Source: Dehalococcoidia bacterium (GTDB lineage: Bacteria > Chloroflexota > Dehalococcoidia > Lucifugimonadales > JAGWBF01). From it: a DNA stretch of 64,000 nucleotides. A model generated the notes under the pieces. It did no database searches. It was not told where the DNA came from and saw only the letters and a list, made by a program, of their open reading frames with translations. Positions 19,148 through 29,700 of the stretch are shown here, in pieces. The stretch is taken from the NCBI GenBank assembly GCA_965207935.1, contig CBDBNM010000002.1:77692-141691 (forward strand), given 5' to 3'. The translations under genes and the position numbers were made by a program. Every line of letters begins with the position of its first letter. Within the stretch, counting starts at the first letter, position 1.

Positions 19148-19711
19148 TCACAGTTCCCGGCCTGGCGTTGGCGGCCCACGCCAATGCTCCCGAGACTTCT
19201 CGTCCCTCGTGTATGCGAAGTCGGCGTCCACCAGGTCTCTGTGTGTGGGAGCCTTCCAGTATGACGAGTCGTTGGTCAGCAACACCGCGTATCCAGCCTT
19301 GCACTGCTCCAGCTTGAAGCGCATGCGCTCAAGTCTCTGAATGTCCCGGAGGAAGTCATACCGCCCTTGGTCTTGTGCGCTTTGGTTGCGAAGGACAAAG
19401 GATTCGTCGTCTTGCTCCAGTTCCAATCCCCGAGTCTTGTACTTCAACTCGATGGCGATCCCTTCCAACGGAAGCCAGATGTCGAGGAATCTCCTCTGGT
19501 GCTCTACCTGCATGACATCGACCTCTAATCTGACCTGACTTTCCGGCATGGCCTGGTGAATATGCCATGCCAGAGCGTGCTGGAAGTCTGCTTCAGAATG
19601 AAACAGCTTCCGCGTACTTGCCAAGCTGGTCAGAAGATCGTTAACACCGAACATTGCCTTACTCATTTCCAGCCTGCGACAAAAGCCCCTCTCATCAGTT
19701 CCCCATTGCAA
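19148..19711 (-). CDS. PD-(D/E)xK nuclease-fold protein (uncharacterised)
   Basis: SEADFQHAL...FLDIWLP...IAIELKYK gives an E...D...ExK arrangement. The likely start is the internal MSKAMF. Confidence 0.45.
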   Translation of the reverse strand: MQWGTDERGFCRRLEMSKAMFGVNDLLTSLASTRKLFHSEADFQHALAWHIHQAMPESQVRLEVDVMQVEHQRRFLDIWLPLEGIAIELKYKTRGLELEQDDESFVLRNQSAQDQGRYDFLRDIQRLERMRFKLEQCKAGYAVLLTNDSSYWKAPTHRDLVDADFAYTRDEKSREHWRGPPTPGREL

Positions 19712-19723
19712 CCCCGGTCGTTC

Positions 19724-20710
19724 CTACAGCTGGCGTGGTTCATTTCTTGAATGCTCCCACGTCTCGATGGGGGCCACATGTGGGGGAAGATAACGGTTGG
19801 CTATATCAAGCACCATACCGTAGCGGTGTTTCACCTCGTCTGTCCGATTGTCTGTGCCAAAACCGACGACGGCCCTCAGGCCTCCTGAAAGGCTAGCGAT
19901 ACCGGCTGGCGTCAGCCCGACGCTCAGTCGAGCGTCAACCAATTCCTGGAGATCAACCCTCAGTTCTTCTAAGGCACAGTGCCACTCCCAAACATACTGC
20001 AATAGCTGAAAGGGCGCGTAGAATACCTTGTAATCGTTGGTCTGGGCGTCCTTCAGCTCGATTAGAACCAGGCGCCCCTTCGGATCAACTGCAATCTGAT
20101 CTACCTTCCTAGCTTTGGCACCTATCTCTGGCTCTTTCCATCCCTGCTGCCTAGCCGTTGCCTGTATAGATTTGAGTGCTGCTTTCACCTCAAGGAACTT
20201 CTTGGTCTCTTCTCGATGCTTCGCGGATTCATAGTTAAGGACAGCCTCACGGTCGAAAGGGACCCACTGTTCCGACACTCTTGACCATCGCGATTGGACT
20301 TCGCCCTCTCCCTCTGTGAAACTCGGATTGACGTCCACGACGCTCAGATAAGCCTTAAGCGCCTCGATGAACCCACCGTCGCCAATCCTCCATCGACCAA
20401 AGAGTCCCGTTCCCTTTGCACGTGGCTGGCCCATGTACTTCGGGTCGGCGTAGGCTTTCAGGTATCTTGCAGGTCGTCGTAGCGTTTGGACTGTGAGAAT
20501 AGTCGTCAGCCCGCAGTACACCTGTATCTTGTCATTGACCCGGAAGTGTACGTCCAACTCTGTGCCCTTGAACTCAACCCGGTTCAGGGCCATCACCGGC
20601 GCGAGGAACTCCCCCGGCTTCAGGAGTCCCCGCAACTGCTCGGAAGGAGCACGCGGGTATTTGATTATCGGGGTCGCCATAGCGATCCTCCTAAAGACGG
20701 TATCGAGCAC
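19724..20710 (-). CDS. uncharacterised protein with a C-terminal PD-(D/E)xK-like motif
   Basis: 328 aa with VDQIAVDPKGRLVLIELKD (D...ExK). The N-terminal ~170 aa are unrecognised. There is a 20-nt overlap with the upstream gene. Confidence 0.4.
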   Translation of the reverse strand: MLDTVFRRIAMATPIIKYPRAPSEQLRGLLKPGEFLAPVMALNRVEFKGTELDVHFRVNDKIQVYCGLTTILTVQTLRRPARYLKAYADPKYMGQPRAKGTGLFGRWRIGDGGFIEALKAYLSVVDVNPSFTEGEGEVQSRWSRVSEQWVPFDREAVLNYESAKHREETKKFLEVKAALKSIQATARQQGWKEPEIGAKARKVDQIAVDPKGRLVLIELKDAQTNDYKVFYAPFQLLQYVWEWHCALEELRVDLQELVDARLSVGLTPAGIASLSGGLRAVVGFGTDNRTDEVKHRYGMVLDIANRYLPPHVAPIETWEHSRNEPRQL

Positions 20711-21647
20711 GCATGTAAGCCGCCCAGTCTCTCAATCCTTCAGCCTCGCCGGCGCGGACGACTTCCGATGCAGGAAGAAACGGGGCCATGGCCGTGTCGG
20801 GGAGAAGATGCTTCCAGGCATCCCAATGCTCGGCAATGTCAGTGTTGGCGTCGTGAGCGCATAGTGCGAACCATGCCCGTTCAACCATGTCCTCCTGTTC
20901 AAGGCCACGGGCTATGGCAAGGTTTCGCATAGGCTGTTGCATGTCGTAGGCGAAGGGGCATGGCCCATCCAGGTCGGCATGGGGGAATGCGTTTCTGACG
21001 GAGCCGTGACTCTTGGCGAATATCTCCCAATAGCGTCTGTCCCTACTCTTCCTCCAAGGTCTTCTGAGGTAACAGGCGTCGGGGTCATTCAAGAAGAGTA
21101 CCGCAGAGTTGCAGACATCCTTACGGCGGTTTCCCCGGCTCCGTCGTCCACCGCAATGCGTGAAGCTGCCCTCGCTGAGCTTGACCTCCATCAAGACGAC
21201 AGCGCGGCGGCCATTCTCCAGCCACCCCCATAACGCCACATCTACTCCCGTGGCAGGCTCGTTTTCAGCAGGCCACTCGCCGTCCAGTTCTCCGAGCAAT
21301 CTCCCAGGGGGAATCCACTCGAAACTCAGCCTATCAATGATTAGTTGAGCGCCAACCAGCTCGCTTAGTTGTTCGGACAAGACCTCCCTGAGTCCTTCTC
21401 GGAACGGCAGAAAGAGGTTGAACGCGAATGCCTGTGAGCTGAGTATGTGGGCGACGTGCTCATGCAGCCTGATGGAGTCGGCGCGGGCCGTCGCCTTCGC
21501 TGAATCGCGGTAGGAGTCGTATATTCCGTCCGTCCACCTGGCCCATGCCGGAGGACGTCTGCCGCCGTAGTCGCACCACTCTTCCATGTGCGCTCTAAGG
21601 GATTCAGCAAAGGGTGTTGGTCGGTAGCCGGTCCTATCGTTACTCAT
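20691..21647 (-). CDS. restriction-endonuclease-like (PD-(D/E)xK) protein
   Basis: 318 aa. LSSQAFAFNLFLPF followed by GVDVALWGW...AVVLMEVKLSE gives D...ExK. Confidence 0.45.
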   Translation of the reverse strand: MSNDRTGYRPTPFAESLRAHMEEWCDYGGRRPPAWARWTDGIYDSYRDSAKATARADSIRLHEHVAHILSSQAFAFNLFLPFREGLREVLSEQLSELVGAQLIIDRLSFEWIPPGRLLGELDGEWPAENEPATGVDVALWGWLENGRRAVVLMEVKLSEGSFTHCGGRRSRGNRRKDVCNSAVLFLNDPDACYLRRPWRKSRDRRYWEIFAKSHGSVRNAFPHADLDGPCPFAYDMQQPMRNLAIARGLEQEDMVERAWFALCAHDANTDIAEHWDAWKHLLPDTAMAPFLPASEVVRAGEAEGLRDWAAYMRARYRL

Positions 21648-21698
21648 GGGCTTCTAACGGCAATGTCCAGTAGATTCAACGTCAGTCATTGGACCGTG

Positions 21699-22583
21699 CT
21701 ATACGGCCCTGGTGTCTCCAGTTGGCTGATACCGATATCCGGTGGGAAGCTCGGCGGTTCGCAAGGCCAAATCCATTGCGTTGCGGTCAGCTGCATATAG
21801 CTCTGTAGAACCTTCTATCATCATCCTGTTCAGCGTGTTGACGAACTCCTCACCGCCCTCTTGAGGTGATGGTGCTTGACATCGTAGCAACTGCGCCTCG
21901 GGAGACTTTTCAAAGCTAATCCGGCCGGATTGGCGATCCACTTCTACGACGGGACCCAGAATCTGTCCCGCGTGGCCGTCTGACACAAGGCACAGCCCTG
22001 TGGATGGCGATAGAGGAAACCAAACAAAGGTCTCCCGCTGTGCAGATTCAGCCGTGCTGGCGCACATTATCTTGTCCGATGTGAAGAAGGACTGGGGCTT
22101 ACTCAACACGAGGGGGCACAGCAGATAGTGTGTCAATGTACGCGAGACGCTGTTCACTAGGTCTCGGAAGACCCCGACGTCCTGGTGCGACGTCAGACGG
22201 TTCATCTCCCCTTCGGCTTGTTGTTGGGTGAGCCCTGAAGTTTGACGGCACTTGTCAACAACGTGTTTGATCTGGAGACGACAGGCTTGGGAACGTACGT
22301 AGTGCATGGCGATGAAGTCATAGATGTCACGGCCAACATCCGCCTTTGCGAAATCTCCGTGACTGAATCGGTAGAGGGTGTCTTTGAACCCGTTTTCGAG
22401 GTCCGTTATGTAATCGTCAACACCCTTCGAGCAATCTACTTCGAAAATCCCGACACCTCTGATGGATCGTTCCGTTGGTCGATAACTGGACGTGTTCAGG
22501 TACCAGGTTTCCCAAGAATTGGGCTGGCGGCCCACAAATGAGAAGTTCCGGAGTAGCTGTCGCTGAATCCTGTGCTGCCCCAT
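21699..22583 (-). CDS. DUF4238-like protein
   Basis: The N-terminal QHRIQRQLLRNFSF resembles the H-x-[IV]-P/Q-x-x-x-L-x-x-F opening motif of DUF4238. 294 aa. Confidence 0.4.
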   Translation of the reverse strand: MGQHRIQRQLLRNFSFVGRQPNSWETWYLNTSSYRPTERSIRGVGIFEVDCSKGVDDYITDLENGFKDTLYRFSHGDFAKADVGRDIYDFIAMHYVRSQACRLQIKHVVDKCRQTSGLTQQQAEGEMNRLTSHQDVGVFRDLVNSVSRTLTHYLLCPLVLSKPQSFFTSDKIMCASTAESAQRETFVWFPLSPSTGLCLVSDGHAGQILGPVVEVDRQSGRISFEKSPEAQLLRCQAPSPQEGGEEFVNTLNRMMIEGSTELYAADRNAMDLALRTAELPTGYRYQPTGDTRAV

Positions 22584-22585
22584 GG

Positions 22586-23014
22586 CTACTGGCTTGCCTC
22601 TGTTCGACGTGTCTCGACCTCCACTGACAAGAATCTTGGGGCGTTGAGGATTTTCGCACCCTGATGTTCCTGGAGGGGCAACAGATGCCGCCGATCACCG
22701 GTCACGAGGTAGTCGGCGGAAGCCTCCACAGCGCACTCCAGGATGCGGTTGTCCGCATGGCATCCCTCAATCACCTCCGGTAGCCGACGGGGGTAGATTA
22801 CTGTCCCGGCGTTCCCCAGCGCTCTGAGCACCTGGGACGAGCGTTACTCATCCCAACCGAACTTACGCCCTAGCACCCCGGCAGCTTCCTCCAAGATGAA
22901 GGTGGACAGGTAAAGCTCGAACCGACCCCTGAGTGCCAGTTCAAGCACAAGGCGTTCATTGCCAGGGAAGTTCAGGCCGGAGACGATGACGTTGGTGTCG
23001 AGGACGACCCTCAT
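22586..23014 (-). pseudogene. PIN-domain toxin (PIN_3-like) interrupted by an in-frame TAA
   Basis: The ATG at 23014 overlaps the antitoxin stop (ATGA). Translation gives MRVVLDTNVIVSGL...GRKFGWDE, then TAA at 22844-22846, then the same frame continues ...ILECAVEASADYLVTGDRRHLLPL. Confidence 0.7.
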
Positions 23015-23268
23015 GCACGGGCCGAGCCGATCTCGGCCCGGTACTCTTCCACCAGAGCGGCCACGTCTTCAGGCCCGATGCCCTTCGCCCTGGCCCGCTC
23101 CTCTCCGTACCGGAGAAGCTGTCTCCACTCCAACTCCTCGATGTAGCGCAGCAGCGCCTCACGAAGAAACTCGCTCCGGGACCGTCCCTGCTGCTTCATC
23201 ACCGCGTCCACCCGGTCGGCCATGTCCGGCGGCAGGGAGAAGGTAATGGTCTTGGTGGTTCGCGACAT
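23011..23268 (-). CDS. ribbon-helix-helix (CopG/MetJ-type) antitoxin
   Basis: 85 aa. KTITFSLPPDMADRVDAVMKQQGRSRSEFLREALLRYI is a typical RHH. It has a 4-nt overlap with the PIN gene. Confidence 0.75.
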   Translation of the reverse strand: MSRTTKTITFSLPPDMADRVDAVMKQQGRSRSEFLREALLRYIEELEWRQLLRYGEERARAKGIGPEDVAALVEEYRAEIGSARA

Positions 23269-23439
23269 GAATCACCTCTTGTTAGTCAGTCTTACCCAGA
23301 GTATGGCGCTATCTGCGGCTCACTGTCAATCGGTTCACGCACCAGACCGGCTTCCTGCGCAGACCCGCCTCACAGGGCGCGAGATTCGCAGGGTTGTCGA
23401 GGGGGTTGTACCCGTGTACAACAATCATGAGAAAGTAGA

Positions 23440-26400
23440 CGAGAAGCAGTCGGAGGGTATCGTAGCTGAAATCGGGGTGAATGGGGCATCCTGCTAAATC
23501 GCAGCGAGCAATCCGGTTCCGGGGTTCGCTCCACGGTCATGGGGCAGCCGCAGCTAGGAGATGGGGCAAGTGGAACATGGCGTTTGCGGAAGTTATGGGG
23601 CAGCGCCAGCTACGGAATGGGTCAAGTGGAACATTGATGCCGAAGAGAAGCAGAAGTCGTGGTCCTGAGCCGTTCAGTCCGCGTTCTCGCGCTTCGCAGG
23701 CGGCCTGGGGGCAGGCAGAGATTGAGACGCCTGATGCCGAAGGTGGGCGCGGGCGATCATTCGGGCCGGGATGCGCAGGCCGCGCCGCACCGTCTCCTGC
23801 TGCTCGACGGCGCACGCCTCAGCCCGGCGATCTGTCGATTGACTTCTCTCGTTGGCGCTTCTCATATTGCTCATCCCGCCGGCGTTTCATGGGCCGGGTG
23901 TGCGTTCCAGTCTGAGCGGTCGAGACGCCGGGCGTAACTGCCTGTACGACTAGTCACATGAGCGCCCATGTAGGGCCTCGGGCCAGCGAGCACTTCCGCG
24001 ATGCCGGTGGGCGGTACAGGGGATGGAAGTTGGTTGGAAAAATCCAAGTCGGGTCATTTCGTAGCTGATGCAGGGGCGAATCCGCCTCTACAGGCCGTAA
24101 CCAGTGAACAGTTCGACTTGCGGGTACGTTCCGGTCTGGAGTTGGATGCGCCGTAGCTAAGAGTTGCGTTTATGCAAGTGGCTGAGGTCGGGTCTGAGTT
24201 GGAAGGGCCATAGCTGGAAGTTGGAATTATGCGCGGCGAGGGAAAGGCCGCCGTCGGGATCGGTAAGCAGGCGAAGAAGGCTGCGGCGGGCGTCGTCCGG
24301 GATGTGGGGATGGTCGCCAGGCTGACACATGGGACGGTCGCACAGCCTGAATGTGTGGCCTACGGTTCCCGATTATTCGCTCGTGGCCTCGCACGTCGGG
24401 CTGGACGAGATAAGCGATGACAAGTCGTTCCTGCCCGTCACATCGAGCGGTGCGTGATGGACGCGCCAATGAAAGGGCGGATGGCGGAAACGTCGATAAC
24501 GGGGCCGGAGGGTTGTACAGAGAATCGGTCATTCGGACGGAGATGCGGAATGTACGCTGAGCGCGGTGGTGTAGGCGTTCGCACCACAACCTGGTCAATC
24601 GGAGGAAGCGATTGGTATGAAAGGGCCGGTCGCAGGGCCGTGTGCAGGCGCTGTAGCTGAGATGTGCATCGGTCGATGGCGGAGCGGTCATGGTCGTGCG
24701 CATTCTCCGTAGCTGGGATGTGCATGTTCTCGTGGAAGTCGAGCAGAATCCGGCGTTCGGGTTAGATACGAGGGCGAAGATGGCGGGCTGGCCGATTTGG
24801 GTGGCCTCATTGTGATACGTCAGCCCGTCGATATCGTCGAAGAGGTCGTCGAGGACATGGGCGACGAGGTCTCCGGGTTAATCAGCGGTCCCGCCGGTTT
24901 TGCAACGAAATGCACTTTTGGGAGCTGTTGGGGGCTGACACGGTAAGTGAGGGGAATGCCCTTTCGTCCCCTACAGGAAGTCCTGGGAACGGCTTCTGCG
25001 ACAATTTGGCAGCAAGTTGCGAGGGCTTCGTGTCGTCCGTTGGGTGACGATTCTGGGCAGGGCTGCGTAGCTATGAGTCGTAGCTGGTGGAGAGGGGGAC
25101 GAGAAAGCGTGCTGACAACCCCTGACCGGTGGGCTCTGCAACGGATTGTACTCGGATGGGCGGAATGGGAGATACGTGACCGATCGCGTCTGCAAGTTGT
25201 CCCAGCAAAGCTGCTGGGAGAGGCCCTATTGGAAGTGTCCGGAACGGAAAAGGCGGCCATGGTTGTACCTGATGCATCAGGGCCAGGGGCCTTCTGTCGA
25301 GGGCAGTGTGGCGGTAGCATCCATGCGTCACCCATGACGCCATGTTCGGCAGGAGCATCGACGTTGGTGGTGATGATGGGCACGTCGCCCTCCCCGTCGG
25401 CGATGTCGAGGAAGGCGGTCTCGCTGGCGGGAGACTCGAAGACGAATAGCACGTGGGGCAGATGTCCCTTCGTTGTCCCGTTAAGTGTAGGCGCTGCTTG
25501 ATGGTCATAACCCCTCGCATGGCGCTGTCACATGTGTCACCCGTTATGGCGTGCGGGGTTCTGGGGATCGCCGACGGTGCCGAACCCGTGTACAGAGATT
25601 TGGAGTTGGTGGTCAAAGTGTCATCGGGTCGTGGGCAAGCTGATTGGGAGGAGAAGGCCGCCTACAGGATCATTGCGGGAAGCACTTTGATTCCGGAGTT
25701 CCTTCCACGGTCATGGGGCAGTCGCAGCTAGGGAATGGGGAAAGTGGAACATGGCGGTTGGCCGGGATTGTGGGGCATTGCCAGCTACGAAATGGGGAAA
25801 CTGGAACATGGACGCGAAGACGGCTCGGAACGAGCAACGGACACGGGACACGAGGGTGTCGGTGGTGATGCGTAGAACGCGGCGACGGCGTCCTGGTTAT
25901 TCACGATCATCAGCCTGAGCACGCGATGCGGGACGCTGTGCGTGATCTCGCGGGCCACGTGTTGGGAGAGGCCGAGCGTCAAGGACGGCAGGACGGCGTC
26001 AGGCTCATCTACGACGTGAGAGCGTGACCGGGCGGACGCCAGGGACGACATCGTGGAGAAAGCTGGCGTTCACGACGCCGGCGGTGCCCCCGTGATGAAC
26101 ATGGCGGGAGCAAGCGATGGGGAGTCGAGCCCAGGGGCAACGTCTCTAGCCAGAAATTCACCGTGCCGTCGATCATGGGCTGATGCGTCAGACTACAATC
26201 GCCCAGGGGCGGTCTTCGGCCTGGGAGGGCTGTAAGGGGGATCGGAGTTAGTCGCAGAATACAATCTGGGTGATATTCGTAGCTGAATGAAGGGGAATCG
26301 GGGCGAAGCGAAGGGAATCCAGCGAGCAGTTTTACTGCGGCTCTATCGCAACTATATTGCACTGATTGTATTGTAGGAATTGTACTTTCTGAGGCATGAC

Positions 26401-26730
26401 GACCCAAGCGGTGGGCCATGATGAGCCTGTCGATGGACGAAGCGGCGGGTTTCCGGCGACGGCGTGAAGCCCCCTATTGGACAGCCCCTACCGGACCCTG
26501 GCGGACGCTCTGGTGGATGATTGAGGCAAGGTGTCTGCTGCTGCCGAGGCTCTGATGGGGTGAACTACCGTACGATCGCCGCAAGCTGTGAAACCGGGCG
26601 GGAGACGCGCCGGACGATGAAGGGGGTTTGGGGCAAAGAGAGTGCTGTAGAGGACTGATATTCGGCTGGTAGCTTCAGTGCGAGATGGTGAGATGGCCGC
26701 CTTCCCCGTGGGAGCCATCGGCATGTTCTT
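23440..26730. repeat. ORF-poor tract of about 5-6 degenerate tandem modules (~0.5-0.65 kb) carrying a recurring GTAGCTG / CAGCTA(G/C)G..ATGGGG..GTGGAACAT motif set
   Basis: TAGCT/AGCTA-centred motifs occur at 23463, 23552, 23608, 24062, 24154, 24211, 24654, 24710, 25068, 25081, 25726, 25783, 26280 and 26670. Four motif pairs are spaced 56-57 nt apart. Segments 23526-23640 and 25700-25815 align over ~110 nt. Confidence 0.6.
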
Positions 26731-29700
26731 CTAGCTACGCGCCAACCCATCTGGCCCCACTACGAGTTCCCAGGCCACCAGTTCCAAGTCCTCGACCGAT
26801 GGTTTCCTGGTCTCAGGTCGTGCGATAGGGCGGTCAAGTCCTTCGGCTTGGACAGCCCCTCGGAGCGCAGTCAGCGCCTGAACCACTTGCCCTTGTTCTG
26901 CACGAGTTGGCGCAAGCCGGTTTATGACTCTCACCGGGTCTCGCATTACCACGCGCCTGGTCGCGTCCGATGGTAACGGCATTTCAACCCACTCGTTGAA
27001 GAAGCTGAATAGGTCGGGGTGAGATTGCAATAGGTCGTCACGATTGAGGAACTGTCTAATGCGTCTCGTGAAACTGTCGGATGTAACTGCGGATATGGCG
27101 TCCAAGTATGCTTGGCCGATCTGGTCCACGGCGGCTTTCAGAGGCTCCTTTAGGTGTTTGAATGGGTTTTCGTTAGGCGGTATCTCGAAGCGGTGCTCAT
27201 CTCTGCCGGCCTCCACAATGGATAGGACATCACTTGGCGATGTCAGGGGTTGCGCCACGTTGCCCAGTGGATAGAAGCGCCAGAACACTTCGCCCGACGC
27301 CTCTTCGGGCATTTTCAGCATGACGTAGACACCGTTCGCCATGCCCTTCTTCACACTGTAAACCCCGTTGGGAATGTCCCGTACGTCCTCGGTAGCGAAC
27401 TCCTTCATCATGTCCAGATACCTGTTCAGCAACTCCGCGCCCGCGTCCAGTCCCTGGCTTCGCTCGCCCTCTCGGTACACGTGGTCCGCCTGGACTCCGC
27501 CGGCTCGCAGCTGCATCACCTTGTCCAGTTCCTTCGCCTCAATCTGCTCACCGAGCACCGAGGCGTCCAAAGCGACCGCCTCCTCTATGGTCTCAATCTT
27601 CCTTGTCAGGTTCTGAACCAGATTCAGTAGGTCTTCTAGGCCGTGCTCAGGCATCAGGTTGTAGATGTACACCTTGTCGTGGGGAGAAAACAGGCGGTCG
27701 ATGCGACCAGCCCGTTGGATCATCCTCACCGGGTTCCAGGGCAGGTCGTAGTTGACCAGGAACTGGGCATCCTGGAGGTTCTGGCCCTCCGAGAGTACGT
27801 CTGTGGCTATCAACAATTCGATGCCCTGCGCTCTCAGAGGCTCTATCTTCCTAAGAAGGGCGGGATCATCCAGAGGTTCGGTCTCGCGATGTGCTGCCAA
27901 GGGCGCGAACCGCTCAAGCACCGAACGCCTCCGATTCCGGTCATCTCCGCCGGTTAGCAGGGACATCCACCGTGCATCCTTCAGATTGCTCTGAACGCGG
28001 ACAGTGCTCTTCAATGAGTCCACATCTCCGCCGAACTGCTTAAACAGGTGTTGGGCGGTGTCCTTGTAGGTCGTAAACAGGGCTACCTTGGTGGGTTGCC
28101 CTTGGTCATCCTCTTTTGGCAGTCCTTCGAGCAGCTTGCGCACAGCCTGGGCCTTGGGGTCGCCCTGCTCGGCCAGCATCTCCTCCAGCCACTGAAGCCG
28201 AGTGAGAAGCGTCTGAAGCCTGTCCCGGTCGAACTCCACATCTGCCTGCAACCGCCCTCGAAGGTCCACGTCCTCCGGCGCAACAAGTTCCTGTTGCAAT
28301 GCCGCCACTGCCTTGGGGTCCATGTCCTCTAGGTCCTGGTCGTGGTCGGGCAACGAACCCCCCAGCACACCCCGCAGCTTGTATGCCTGCTTGGGGGTCA
28401 GGACATGTCCCTGATCCAGCCTCGCAAGGAAAAGGTTGAGATAGTCTACTAGACTTCTCACCGTGGACGTGAGCGCGGCCAGGGAACTCTCCATGCGCTT
28501 CAAGAGGATGGTGCGCATGATGCCGACGAAGTTGGCGTTGCGTTGCTTCAGTTGTGCGCTGGTCTCCTTCTCACCAGTCTCAACGCCGTACTCGTCCAGG
28601 CGGTAGACGGCGAAGTTGAGGTGCTCAATGGCGTCGATGATGTCGTGGTAGATGTTTCCATACAGGCCTTGCAGACTGTAGTCCACCGCCTTCGGTATCT
28701 CGTGTTCCGGGAAGCGCAGCGGCTGCCCATTGACCTCCATCGTCTCTCCTGCATCCTGCATGGACCGGATGTCGTGACGGGTTCGGCGTACGAGGGACAG
28801 CATCATAGTGTCCAGTAGGCCGGAGTCGGACTCCCCCTTCTCAATGGCCTGGAACGCCGTTTTGAGGTTGGGTATTGGCCCTCGCCCTGCGTACCAGGTG
28901 TCGTCTCCCCTCGTGATGAGCATGAGCTGGTGATACATATCCCAGACGGAGTTGTTGATGGGCGTGGCTGTCATCAGCACCACCCTGGTGTCCGGTTTGC
29001 CCCCTCGGATGATCTCCATAAGGGCGCGGTAGCGCTTCGTCCTTGGGTTGCGGAAGTTGTGGGACTCGTCCACCAGGATGACGTCGTACTGGTCCTGGTA
29101 ACGCTTCAACTCGGCCCGGAGCCGCTGCCGTTGAACGGGTGACGGCTCCTCGTCGATGTCCACGAGGCTGGGAAGCGACTCCATTGTGACCGTGGTGGCG
29201 ATGATTCCCCACTCTGCGAACCTGTCGGTGCTCCAGTTGTCCTGAAGCTGGGCGGGGCAGACGATCAACGCCCGCGTGGAGGTTCTCGCTCGCTGCGGGT
29301 CATCGCTCCGCTGGTTGGCGAATTCCCTCAGGATGCCCAAGCCTTCGTAGGTCTTGCCTAAGCCCACCGAGTCGCACAGCATGGCCCCCCAGTGGCGTCT
29401 CAGCAATGCTACGCAGCGTTGGACGGCCTGCTGCTGGAATCCGGCCAGCCTCCCCATGACTTCTTCCGACAGCCCCATCTCCAGGAACCGGCCGTAGGCG
29501 GCATGTAGTGACTTGAGCATGACCTGCCACGGGGTGTAGCGCCTCCCGAACAGGACACACTCTTCTAGGCGCTGGACGAACTGTGCCTTGCAGTCCTGGC
29601 CAAGCTCCCACTTCTCGTCGAACCAGCCTTCCAATTGCACCGTCAGGTCATGGTCGTAAGAGGTCAGGTTCAACTCGGAGTTCTCGGATAGGCCGCTCTT

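Noticed and set aside
23481-25616. ORFs inside the repeat tract (for example 23481..23915, 24227..24703, 24820..25452, 25071..25616) as real genes
   Set aside because: Composition is dominated by Arg/Pro/Ser/Gly. Frames are not conserved between repeat modules, and stop codons fall in the conserved TAGCT cores. Only a ~40-aa stretch (MLFVFESPASETAFLDIADGEGDVPIITTN) looks protein-like, perhaps a gene relic.
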